Shown: positions 46,201-56,800 of the stretch, piece by piece
Position numbering within the stretch: position 1 is the first letter of the stretch
How the letters are laid out: the number at the start of each line of letters is the position of its first letter
Assembly: GCA_002633005.1 (NCBI GenBank)
Contig: NMRA01000342.1
Span: 206,728-270,727, forward strand
Direction: 5' to 3'
Source of the DNA: Phoronis australis
Lineage: Eukaryota; Animalia; Phoronida
DNA: 64,000 nucleotides
Program-made: the position numbers and the translations under genes
The notes under the pieces: model-generated
What the model saw: the letters and a program-made list of their open reading frames with translations, nothing else
Told to the model about the DNA's origin: nothing
Database searches by the model: none

Positions 46201-48332
46201 CAGGCACACACAACTTTTGTCATGATAATACCCATATTTCTTTAGTACACAATGTTCAAATTAAAACAGTGCAATTATAAGGAACCAAATAACACAATGT
46301 CATATCTGAAGATTGATATCCATGCTGTTTTCTATGAAGGATAGTTAGATGGATTACTTCTCAGATGTTCAAGCTTCAATGTTTATGTTAGATCTGATGA
46401 TAGAGGAATACAAATACTCATCACTTGTAAGCTTTTCACCAAGGAAAATAATATTGTAAAAAGAACAGGTCAAACCAGTCACTTCCCTATTCACTTTCAA
46501 CACTACATATAACACAAACATTCACACAGCCATTCTGCATGTGTGATCAATCTGAACTCACACTCAACATGCAAGTGATACCTTCACACCATGCGTGACA
46601 CATTCATAGCACACTCACCATGAGTGATAACCCTGATACTCCATGGTTCGACATAAGCGAGTAAACGCTTGAAAATACACCAGTAGAAAATTGACCTCAC
46701 TCTTATTACTTGTACGGGCACCGAATATCTAGTTTTCTACGAGCTGGGAATACGAGTGGCAAGTGCGCCATTATTCGTATATTCGAGTTGACATTTTCGC
46801 CTAAGCTGAGTGCTGCACTAAAACTCAATATGTGTATGATACTGTCACGATCACCCAATGTGTGTGTGATACCCTCGTACTCACTCAATACAAGTGTGAT
46901 ATCCTCACGCACAGACTGAATGTGTGTGTGAAATCCTCACACTCACACTCAATGTGTGTGTGATACTTTCACACTCACACTCAATCTGTGTGTGATACCC
47001 TCACACTCACACTCAATGTGTGTGTGATAACCTCATATTCACACTCAATGTGTGTGTGATAACCTCATATTCACACTCAATGAGTGTATGTAATTTCCTC
47101 ACTTACATTTAATGTGTATGTGATACATTCTCTTATATGAGATACAATACACTTGCACACAGAACTGATTATGTTGTTGTAAACAGATTAAAGTCTCTTT
47201 CATTTGTGAGTGTTTTTGACATATTCTTCCAAATCTTGAATGTTTATCACACGAGCACAAAATCATGAAATTACAAACTTTGTTCACTCAAATGACTTTT
47301 GCAGAAAAAAATCCAGAAAACATTCTGTAAACTATTCCAAGTGACTCGCATTAACGGGAGTATGACTTTAAATAAGTCATCATCGAACAAGACTTTCTTG
47401 AAATGTATTACATTTTCCTGTTTCCTTATTCCATTTCACTCTTAACATTGGCCAACAGAAAAACTTCACAGGTAGTTCACTGATAAAAATGACAATGAAA
47501 GACAAGTCCAATTTACCAAAGTAAAGCCAACACAGACCATTGCTGCCATGGCATATAAAAGGAAGCGGTTGGATGCTTTTCTTGAACCTTTCAACATTGA
47601 TTCAATGTTGAGAGGAACAAAACTTCCTGAGAACTTGGAAGCACCATAGCTGCAATTAGCCATCAAGTGCAGAGCAGAAAGTCAACAATGACATAGTATT
47701 TACTCAGTACACATGTACCCATTCTAGAAAATCTTCAACAGGCATTATCCAGCAAGAGTGAAGTGATTTTGAATTGGTTAGTTGTGTGCAAATCCATGCA
47801 AACACACCCATCTTTTGAGATCAGTACTCTGATTAAATGTCCAGTGGCTCTCCACACTTTCTTTCCCATTGTTACGGTGACCAATCTTTAAAGAGAGACA
47901 GGGGTGTTTACAGAAAGAATTGAGAAAAGAGAGTTAGTCGAGGGTTTTTTAGGGAATCACTTGTTAAGGCACCAATATGAACATTTAGTGAAGTTGCTCG
48001 GATTTTATTTTTAATTAGTAATTAAACCAAAGCATTAAGCAAAGGGAAAACAAAAGACATTTCATCAAAATGTCAAGGAAATAACACACACAAAACATTA
48101 GCTTGTATATTATTATAATTATTATTGATTATAAAATATTGACATTTTAAAAAAATATTACCTGATTCAAACTTGAGGTGCTCCATTTTTGTAATTTTGG
48201 GTCACTGGGGTCGTATGGTTTCCCGTTTCTATAAAACTTTCCACGGTAGTAATATCCGTCCACTGGAGACACAGTTAATAATATCACAATTACACTGGCA
48301 CACACACGTCTGCTCAATGTCCTCATAATCAT
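28136..48332 (-). CDS. THSD4: THSD4/ADAMTSL4-like secreted ADAMTS-like protein (signal peptide, partial Cys-rich module, spacer, low-complexity linker, 6 TSP1 repeats, PLAC), 742 aa using one copy of the duplicated exon
   Basis: 13 phase-compatible GT-AG exons: 48332-48162, 41975-41768, 41097-40934, 40280-40177, 37366-37053, 36451-36302, 35840-35711, 33928-33724 (or 32047-31843), 31278-31102, 30807-30643, 29896-29717, 28984-28837, 28248-28136; total 2229 nt. Motifs GCDGIVGSGKTVDKCGVCGG and PLAC CKVVVQARLCKINYYGSMCCRSC. No metalloprotease domain is seen. Confidence 0.9.
28379..28465 (-). CDS. Candidate alternative Pro/Thr-rich exon before PLAC
   Basis: ttttcAG acceptor. (E)AKIFPAPPVTSNSTPTTTARSHSIFVAW is 87 nt, phase 1 to phase 1 at a GTaggt donor. 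Confidence 0.4.
28837..28984 (-). CDS. THSD4: THSD4-like TSP1 exon
   Basis: CSVTCGEGYRTRELKCLDKRQSPSDGCNQRTKPSIKQTCSATPCPTVPP. Confidence 0.93.
29717..29896 (-). CDS. THSD4: THSD4-like TSP1 exon
   Basis: CKGTCTHGYQIRSVVCMKKHGRWYSMVRENSCQADTKPVVKQRCEQTDCDSEWYMSHWSQ. Confidence 0.93.
30643..30807 (-). CDS. THSD4: THSD4-like TSP1 exon
   Basis: CSADCGEGTLTRKVYCQGSPGRPSACDSSKRPHEEKPCSSKKNCGGQWFAGEWSE. Confidence 0.93.
31102..31278 (-). CDS. THSD4: THSD4-like TSP1 exon
   Basis: CSTQCGRGQRTREVACVNNDGDKVDDNACRHLQEKPRWRETCNEGACQKTWFHTRWSEQ. Confidence 0.93.
31843..32047 (-). CDS. THSD4: THSD4-like TSP1 exon, copy A
   Basis: WEMSEWSKCSETCGKGVQTRTVECKRRVSPTVILSVSADLCKDKARPSISHSCQLTECNSWKVSDWTV; phase 2 to phase 0. 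Confidence 0.85.
32890..33309. mobile_element. Left end of a hAT-like insertion present in only one duplicate copy
   Basis: Copy 1 continues TCTAGTCTT|CAGGGCTTGG... up to the N; copy 2 continues TCTAGTCTT|AGAAGTG without it. Confidence 0.55.
33724..33928 (-). CDS. THSD4: THSD4-like TSP1 exon, copy B
   Basis: Same peptide as copy A with synonymous differences only. Confidence 0.85.
34944..35105. mobile_element. 162-bp hAT-type MITE
   Basis: TIRs CAGGGCTGTAGTGG / CCACTACAGCACTG. Perfect 8-bp target-site duplication ACAAAAAC (34936-34943, 35106-35113). Confidence 0.9.
35711..35840 (-). CDS. THSD4: THSD4-like TSP1 exon
   Basis: (G)QQWTKVICVSSQTLVQVTDENCDSNVKPKRQQLSCNNDPCQP(D). Confidence 0.92.
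36302..36451 (-). CDS. THSD4: THSD4-like exon (end of linker, start of first TSP1)
   Basis: (G)DTRGLSSGRRVNDGRTLSQSGGRRYQQPSAVDFSWKISGFTECDRKCGG. Confidence 0.92.
37053..37366 (-). CDS. THSD4: THSD4-like low-complexity G/Y/R/N/Q-rich linker exon
   Basis: tttAG acceptor in phase 2 and GTaagt donor in phase 1 fit both neighbouring exons. PAGSQRAA...GYNSQRYGYNRQSNGYHRYNTNGQRRPTYNQG... Confidence 0.85.
38588..39997. mobile_element. 1.4-kb non-autonomous Kolobok-type element with a nested MITE (about 39491-39810)
   Basis: Perfect 19-bp TIR GGTTATCTCCAACCTTATT / AATAAGGTTGGAGATAACC, with flanks TTAA and TTAG. Internal inverted arms at about 39515-39590 and 39705-39780. Confidence 0.85.
40177..40280 (-). 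CDS. THSD4: THSD4-like exon (end of ADAMTS spacer)
   Basis: ILYREPYKGVYYEYTIPIQPQVGNKDLPSYVPGK(R). Confidence 0.9.
40934..41097 (-). CDS. THSD4: THSD4-like exon (ADAMTS spacer)
   Basis: (A)LKTSSGESIISGKRAITRPGNYYSSGTTFKYSRPITSGESIIAKGPVTESLDMF. Confidence 0.92.
41768..41975 (-). CDS. THSD4: THSD4-like exon (end of Cys-rich module, start of spacer)
   Basis: KVGCDGIVGSGKTVDKCGVCGGGGTSCHVVSGIFVRQNLPLGSYYPVTKIPKGACNINITENGFSRNFL. Confidence 0.95.
44255..44760. repeat. Degenerate tandem repeat built on GTTAACTGCATGGTAAAATATGGTATT
   Basis: Recurrent GTTA(A/G)(C/T)TGCATGGTAAA motif every 40-50 bp. Confidence 0.7.
46845..47105. repeat. About 32-bp minisatellite (CACTCACACTCAATGTGTGTGTGATACCCTCA)
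   Basis: Visible head-to-tail copies, about 7-8. Confidence 0.85.
48162..48332 (-). CDS. THSD4: THSD4-like first coding exon with signal peptide (exon 48504-48162)
   Basis: MIMRTLSRRVCASVIVILLTVSPVDG|YYYRGKFYRNGKPYDPSDPKLQKWSTSSLNQ has a basic n-region, a hydrophobic core and a VDG cleavage site. The cag|GTaata donor is phase 0, matching the 41975 acceptor. Upstream acceptor cccacAG at 48506-48505. Confidence 0.75.
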
Positions 48333-49627
48333 TGTGGAACAAAAAGCGGAACAATCCCTTTCCGAAAATACTCCCGACACGGGTGATGCGAGCGATTAGT
48401 TCCTGCTGACAAAATCCATTTGATTTCAAGTTTATCCTTAATGTCTTTGAGAGTGCACTCCAAAGAGTATGCTAATTATACATTCCACAACTTGTCACAA
48501 AAATCTGTGGGAGACAAAAATGATACAAAATGAAGTAAAATCAAACTTCAGGTTATTTCAATTCTGGGGATTTAATCTACAGCGCTGAGCATTTTTCAAA
48601 TGCATTGTGGGATGGTTGTCGCTGCAAACATCCAGTGGCAACACAGATAACTCGGTGACATGTAAACACTTTTCAATGACGTGTGCAACAGAACTGAAGG
48701 CACAGTTCCAATGCAACATGCCTTTTGGTAAGTCAATTCGACAAAGCAGTGGTCATACTAAAGTAAAAGAGCCTCAAAATGTACCGCAGTATATAGATCA
48801 ATATTTTGAGACAGGCTGAACTCAAAATGTACTGAATACCTAGCATATAGATCAGTCTTTTGAGGCAGGCTGAACCCAAAATATCACCACCAGAAACTCA
48901 AGTAGGTAAATGCACATCCACAAGACATCTACGATGTCACCGGGTGTTTTTACAATATGACCACATTTAAAAAAGGACGGCAGCGCCTGGATGAAATCCC
49001 TCTTGAACTGCTTGTGCAACAAAAATATCAACCTCCTACCCTTGTCACGCCTTACTGGTAAATAAATGTCCTCAAGTTTGGTTTAGCCCATTCACTGATA
49101 CCTCTAAAACAAGTCATGTTCTTGATTTCAAGCACTCCACTATCAATGGGCATACAGCAGCTATAGGACATCTTCAGTTGGACAGGAAGTCTGGAGTGAG
49201 GTCATCTCCTGATCTATTTTAATAGATAAACCATCTATTTGCCTACATCTATTGTATACCAGTCAACAAGTGATGAGCTCCATAGGGTGGTCCAGTCAAT
49301 TTTTACAAACTCATATTGTCTAGCATGTCACATCTATCATAAACAGGTAAAATTGATGTTTTTGGTCAGCCTATATGAAAATAGAATATAGCCTAGAAGA
49401 TATCAGAGGGAAATGGGCACATCTAATTTGATAAATAAGTTAAAATAGTTCATAAGAACCCTAAATGAGAAGTGTTTTTGTGAGAGCAATTTCTCCGTAG
49501 ATATGCACCTATATGGGCAAAAACAAAATATTAGCCAGCAGAGTGCCCAATACTTCCACTAATGTCAGTTTTTTACTTCTTGTGCTAACTCCAGGATTAA
49601 AGGGGCACTCCAGAATTAACACTGCAC

Positions 49628-50150
49628 TGTATATCCTAAAATGAGTGCTGATATAACTACACTGTACTATTACTATACTGTATATCCTAAACTGAGTGCT
49701 AATATAAGTACACTACACTATTACTACACTGTATACCCTAAACTGAGTGTTGATGTAACTACACTGTACTATTACTATACTGTATATCTTAAACTGAGTG
49801 CTAATATAAGTACACTATACTATTACTATACTGTATATCCTAAACTGAGTGCTGATATAACTACACTGTACTATTACTATACTGTATATCCTAAACTGAG
49901 TGCTAATATAAGTACACTATACTATTACTATACTGTAAGTCCTAAACTGAGTGCTAATATAACTACACTGTACTATTACTATACTGTATATCCTAACCTT
50001 AGTATTAATATAACTACACTGCACTATTACTATATTGTATATCCTAACCTTAGTATTAATATAACTACACTGCACTATTACTATAATAAGTATCCAAAAC
50101 TGAGTGCTGATATAACTACACTTGTTACTATATTGTAATCCTAAACTGAG
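49628..50150. repeat. 51-bp minisatellite, about 10 copies
   Basis: Unit CTGAGTGCTGATATAACTACACTGTACTATTACTATACTGTATATCCTAAA; it generates the repetitive ORF 49641..50138. Confidence 0.95.
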
Positions 50151-52500
50151 TACCGATATCCCACACAAAACTACATACTACTGATGCTGTTGCATGCTGA
50201 TATTCTTCTATAACACTATTTCTATACTTTATACCTTACATTGAGAATTGGCTTTTGTTTCGTGAAGTCTTCAGTCAGAAAGTTGGACTTATCCTTCACA
50301 TAACTATTTCTGAAAAATACTAAAATTTCAGTTAAAGCTGCATAATTCGCCCGGTTTATTTGGCTTCAAAACAAAAATTGAATTAATAGCTTGATTTACT
50401 CTCATAACGTCATACAACCAGTATTCCGTATCATGGTACAGGTTTCTTTCTATAACCATCAGGAACTCAAGAAAACACGAGCCATTTTTTAAGTTTCCAA
50501 TGTTAGGCTTGGCCAATCAAAATAAGTCGGACACATTTTTTGAGTTGCTAATGGTTCCAATGTTCTTATTGGACACAGAAATAAAACCACGTCATGGTAA
50601 GGAACATTATGTGACCAGTTTTAGGAGAGTAAAAGGCCTAATTTGATTTTTGTTTTTTAGAAAACTAAATGGGGTCAAATGCAACATCTGAGTCAAGCAA
50701 ATGTACATAGTATGTGAGAATATACCCATTACTGAGATAACTTTGTATAAAATATCTCTAGGCTGTGATGTGCTAAGAATCGCATGCAGTAATTACTAGG
50801 TGGACCAGATTCCTCCCTCTGAAATCATTACATAACAATTGGTCTAAAATAAACAACATAAACACCATTCTTTACACTTGAGGTCTATGACACGACTTAA
50901 ATACCAGCTTCTAATTTATAAATTTCTTGCCAAACACAACTTCTCACCAATCCTTCATTGTACACACCATCAAGACAGGATCAAACTTGAAAATCCCAAC
51001 ACAACAAACCCAGGCAGGCTTCCTCTTGAATGAGACGAACTTGACTAGCAGATACAACTACACAACCCACAACACAACCCACAGCAGACAGTAACCCCAG
51101 ACATTCGATTGCACTGAACTGAGTCCACCAACAAAGTGGTCAATCCTGTTTTCTCAGAAGGTGTTTGCTGTTTTGTTTGTAGAGGGACACAATGGATTAC
51201 CCAACATGTACTTCCACAGGTCAACAGTGCTGAACAACACCAGGATGACCAGTGGTCAAGGAGTACATGGTGTGGGCAGGACAAATTGATCAATTGCATT
51301 TAATCCAATTAGTACCCACTCCCTTAATTTTAAAGTAATTTCACTTTCACGTAGTCCAACTTATTGTACACTGTTCAACACCCATCCCTAGAATTTTCAG
51401 ATCCTCAGTTTAAATATCTCGGCCATTTCAAAAACCTGATGAAAATACTAAACACTCCTTGAATGCTAATCATTCTCCAGTTTTTATTCCTAAATATTGC
51501 CAGTTATATCCATAATTTTCAAACAAAAGTTTATCTTCAGACGTACATTCCCGGGACCAAAAATATCAAAATATTTTCAGAACAAAAATTCTATTCAGTC
51601 AAATTGCAAAAATTGGAATTTCACTCTTTTCTCGTACGCTCATCCTTCCCAAGCACGTAATATCATTTTGAGATTGAACCAAGGGACTACGTAAATGTAG
51701 GACCTCCACACCCTTAATACCCCAACCCTTCCACTGTGACCCAGAGCTAATTACTTTCTACTCAGGTGTACACAAAGGTTTTAATGCCAAAGCCACACAA
51801 TAGCTTAATTGATTTGCAGAGCCTTTTTATCCAACTGTAACTGAACACTGAGCACACATACAATTATTGACACCAGGGGGAAATGTGCCAATTGTTCCTT
51901 GTGCTTATGCTTGGCCAGTCCGAGCTCAAACTGGTCTCTGGGCATCTAGAATCAAGAAACTTTTCTTCAATTCTGGTACGCCTGCCCAAGTGTGATGGCG
52001 GAAGTAGCTAGGAACAGTCAAAATTGTCCCAAATTTCATTTTAATGAAAACATGTTCATACTTGCAGAAGAAATAAAAAATGTACTATTTGTTTCAAAAT
52101 TATGGATTTGACCCCGAATATTGAGCAAATTTTCAGCATTGAAAAATCAAGGGATTTCTAAGGTACGATACTGAAAGTTCAATGTTCTTAATGTTTGTTG
52201 ACATTAGACATGGGTCATTTTGTGTGTACTATGACTGTGTTTATATTATATAAACACTAGAAGTGTACAAAATACCATGACTTAAAAACAAAGGAAAACA
52301 AAATGATGTCCCAAAAAATTTCATTGCGACCCAAAAAAATAGAAAAGAAATTCAAAGTTACGGCACATTCCACAGCACTACCCCTAAACAATAAGAACTC
52401 AACCTACTTTCACTGTTCAGTATCGAAACGAACAGAAAATAATTGAAGACTGAAATTAAGTCATAGGTCATAAAAACTGACCTGAGCAGTTACAAAAAGG

Positions 52501-52921
52501 TCCAAAAACACAACAACCGGTAAAAAGAGCAGTGCAGGGCATTGATGTTGAAACAGCCTCCAGGGAGAACAACACAAGTCAGCTAGGCTCAGTCCTCAAT
52601 AGGCCTTTTGCGAGTTTATAACAATAACGCGAGATTATGCGAGACTTAACTGTGACGTCACGGGAAGTGGGGCAAAAACTTGTCGTTTGGTCATTTGCCC
52701 AATACGGTACCAGAGTGTATTCTGTTATTGTCTTCGAGTTTTTATCCGTTTAGTTCGAAAAATGTCCAAAAGCAGTGCTGTTATGGCAAATGAACTTCAG
52801 ATTCGTACTACAATACGTTCCATNTCCAAAAACACAACAACCGGTAAAAAGAGCAGTGCAGGGCATTGATGTTGAAATAGCCTCCAGGGAGAACAACACA
52901 AGTCAGCTAGGCTCAGTCCTC
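52501..52921. repeat. About 97-bp duplication across an N (52501-52597 / 52825-52921) with an intervening transposon end (52601-52823)
   Basis: n at 52824. Copy 1 is followed by aat|AGGCCTTTTGCGAG..., copy 2 by gat|TGGCAG. Confidence 0.75.
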
Positions 52922-53742
52922 GATTGGCAGATAGGGAGGTGGATGACAAGAAACAGACACAAAAATAATGATAAAAAGGCCACAAGGGACGAAAGCAGCC
53001 TAAGTCTCCAATAAGAAACTGGTGGCGCCATCTCCATGATGTTAACACATTTGTCAAATTTCAAGAACGTCTATCAAAGAACTTGGTAGACATCAAGGCA
53101 AATACCAGGAAAAACAAAATTTGTAGTTGTCGGATTTGTCCCAAAATGCACCTCAGTTATACTCTCCTGAGCGGGAACATATACCAAAATTCATGAAGAT
53201 CCATCAAGGAACTAGATATTGAGCCACAGGCAAAACCAAATTTACCATTGTGAGGCACGACAGTAGTTCAACTCAGGACCCGTCCATAAATCGTTAGCTA
53301 CACTCTTTCCAGTAGTCACGTATTAAAATTTCCATTATCCCTCCAGTGGTTTGGCAGGCAGAGAGGTGAACGCCAAAAAAAAAAAACAAAAATAGTAAAA
53401 TTGTCACTAGGTGGCTAGAAACATGTAGGTGCCATCATCTCCATAATAGAAACCTGTTTGAAAGTCTGAAGATACAAAGGAAATGTAAAAAAGTCAATAG
53501 GGGGCACAGCGAGACTTGGCGTTGTCCCAGAAATGCACTTGCCAAACAAAATTTCATGAAGATCCTGCGAGGAGTTTACGAGATAAAGCCAAGAAAGTCA
53601 GACGACAGACAGAGATGACAGCGTTATGTGACCACATATACACTTGTGGATGCATGAACATGAAAAGCAAAATAATACTATCCCATTATCCCAAAACAAC
53701 AGCAAAATTCCAGCCTTTAGCATACTTCTGATTCTTCGTTGA

Positions 53743-53822
53743 AAGCATGAAAATTTTGAGACATCCAGTTGAGTAAACAGATCAAGTTTGAGTCTAATAA
53801 TGGAATTAAAACTTACAAAAAA
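53743..53822 (+). repeat. Dispersed repeat fragment shared with about 22038-22118
   Basis: AAAGCATGAAAATTTTGAGACATCCAGTTGAG...AACTTACAAAAA occurs at both positions. Confidence 0.8.
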
Positions 53823-56800
53823 CTCAGTAGACTATATAGATATATCTGAGCAAAAAATTTGCGACTTCTGATTCTTAACAACTACAAAGAATATAGCTCT
53901 CAAAGAAAAACAACACAACAAAGTAAACTGACCCCAAATCAGCAAATCTCTACCAGTATAAAAACTGAAGACCACAATCAAGGTATTTGGCAACAGCCAA
54001 CATCAGCAGCCATCGGTGAATAGAAATGGCAAAAACTCTCAACAGTTTAGAAGTGGGGCAAGACGAATATTTCTCACCACCCATCAATGACTACCATTGG
54101 CACAATGGGCGATTACGATGGAATCCGTGGACTGTTTTTAGAACGATAACCTTAGCTGAACTCACGGCTGTCGGAAGCCTATTTATGGATTGCACTACTG
54201 ACTTACTTAACAGTAATCTTAAAACTATTTACTGAAATCATCAACAACCTCATTTCTGCCGCAGCAGCCTTAAGAAGACAAAAGGAAACAAAAAATGCAA
54301 GATGTTTAAGCCATCCAAAATATCTTCTGGATATTATATTGGCAAGATTTTACCGTAACCTAGCAACGATAAAATAATAGCCCTACAGCAACCTGACAAC
54401 CAACAAAAAATAAGGCATAAAAAACCTGACAAGTATAAAACAGACAGCATACAAAGACAATCGCATGGCTTGGCACAGCTCATGAAATGAACTCAATTCT
54501 TATGCCAAACAATGGCAACCATTTTTACACAGACGTCTCCACAACTTTGATTTCCAAATCAAACATACCGTGTGGCTTATCCAGGAGTCCAATGCTACAG
54601 TTTATGACCCAAACGTCAAGTGTTCACCATTGTCACATCGTATCATATTCAACCTGTGTCAGACAGACTTCAGGTCCAGGACAAATATGTCCCAGTCGCC
54701 TCCGTCAACATAAACTAAGATCCCCTCTCGGTAAGTACAAGAGCTCCTATATATCAAAGCGACCGATCCGCTAACACTCAAATGCACAAACTAATAAAGA
54801 CACTCACTCGTTTGCAATTTATAATCTAATTCAACTTGTTTCATCAGTGTTATCAGAACAAGACCAGGATGCCACAGTGGGTAACACTAAACACACAGGT
54901 GTGTTTTCAATGTTTTATTTGCTACCTGCATTGCAAAAACCTTTATTTAATGTACACGAAAGCATTCAAATGAAACCTATTGACAGCCATAGTTATGTCG
55001 TTTCATTACCCAGGAGTCTGTAATCTGTCCTATATCTTGATAATAGTAGGTAAACAGATTTACCACAGCGGGGTGATCCAATCAGTTTTAAAAAGGCTGT
55101 TCTCAACAAGAGAGGGCTTTTAAAAGTTGAGAAGCTATCTTAACTTGAAACCTTAAAGTAAAACAAAGCTTTGTAAATTCAAACCAAGGGCTCAACACAC
55201 AAACACTTGGCCACTTCCAGGGGCTTAATCCCAGCACAATATTTGAGTTTAAATCCCCTGACAATTAACTTTACGAAAATTTGACCCCTTCACTTGGTCT
55301 AACCCACAGTTTAAATAGGACGGTCTGAAATTTTTACTGCACAAACTCAAAACCTTTTGCTTAGTACACAAACAAGAGGCATTCATCACAGCCTAATCCA
55401 CTGGTGAAATTGACAAGTTCATAATTGCTAGCAGGCTGTTCAATGCACACAGTAATCCTCCATCTTAGCTAAAATTTTCTTTAAAAAATATTCTCATAGT
55501 CTCAAAGCAAAACATCAAAAGTTATTATATCCACAAACTACACTTTACATAGCTATTGTAGCAAGCCCTTAAGTATTAATTATTTGGCATTGAGCACCCA
55601 ACATGCTACCTTTGTTGCTAATCAACACTTCACACCTGCAAGTCTAATACCTTCACCACACACCATGTCAAGAGTGGCAGTGATCCTGTGATCCAATATT
55701 ACAAGTTTACTCAATCCAATTATCAAGACTGCTTGACCAATGGTCATTAACTACCCCTATGCACACACATACATACTAGAGTGGCCACTCACTGCCTTGG
55801 GACATACAAGAAATAACAATGAATGCTGAACTGCATATTTTATACAACTAGAAACCCCCAGGGAATAACTTGGTATTGTCCATGAACAGTGCATGGACTA
55901 TCGCATTTGAAGGACATACTATTTGCCAAGGGGGTTCGCGGGTTCTCAATTCAAACAGTCTGACACAGCATGAAATCCCAAAAGGATCTTCACTATCTAC
56001 ACTATAATGATGGTATAGAAAAAAGAGAAAATGGCCATTTGAAATGTTCATGGACTGACAAGGACCACGAACTAGTGGTGCGTCAGCTGATTAAGAGTGT
56101 GGTTATGCACAGATGTAGTTACCAAGTCAAGTCGAGGTTTTGTCTTGCCACGCTGTTCTCTTCACTATTCTCTTCGTTCAGAAACAAAACTAAATTCTAG
56201 AAATGTCCCAATAGAGTCCTCTGTTGGCATTAACGGCAAAGGTGTTTTCACATCAGGCACTGTCCTTCCATGATACTCCAGAACTGAGCAAGACTGAGAA
56301 GTGTTCCCATTTAGTGCAATGCACCCCAATGCTAGTTATTTGTGTAAACACATTTAAATAAAGGTGTTAGGTGATTTCTGTCAGTGCACTGGCCACCACA
56401 TTGTGCCTGGTGAAAGACTCAAGCACAGCCCTGGTATAGCTGTGGACAAATGCAATAGAAGACAAACATATTTGGCAAAATAGCATAGAAAATACAGAAA
56501 GAGTTTTGTGACATTATTAATATATTATTTAACAACAAGAGATTTCTCTGAATAGCCGTTGGGGCACTGGCCTCAGAGACATTTGCAGGACCAGTAAAAT
56601 TGAACGAACATTTTAAATGGAGGCTTTAAACATATGTAAACCAAGAGGTATTTCACAAAACAATTACACTTCAATATTCATTTTCAGCTTATATAAAATA
56701 GAATGGCAGCACGTTTTAAAGTGACATTACCAACAAGAAAATTCATTTTCTGAGATCAGCTTCAGTGCGGAATTGAACCTGAAAAGCATTACAAAGCCAC

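Noticed and set aside
49641-50138. 165-aa Tyr-rich repetitive ORF (LSADITTLYYYYTVYPK)n
   Set aside because: By-product of a 51-bp minisatellite whose unit length is a multiple of 3; no splice or signal context.
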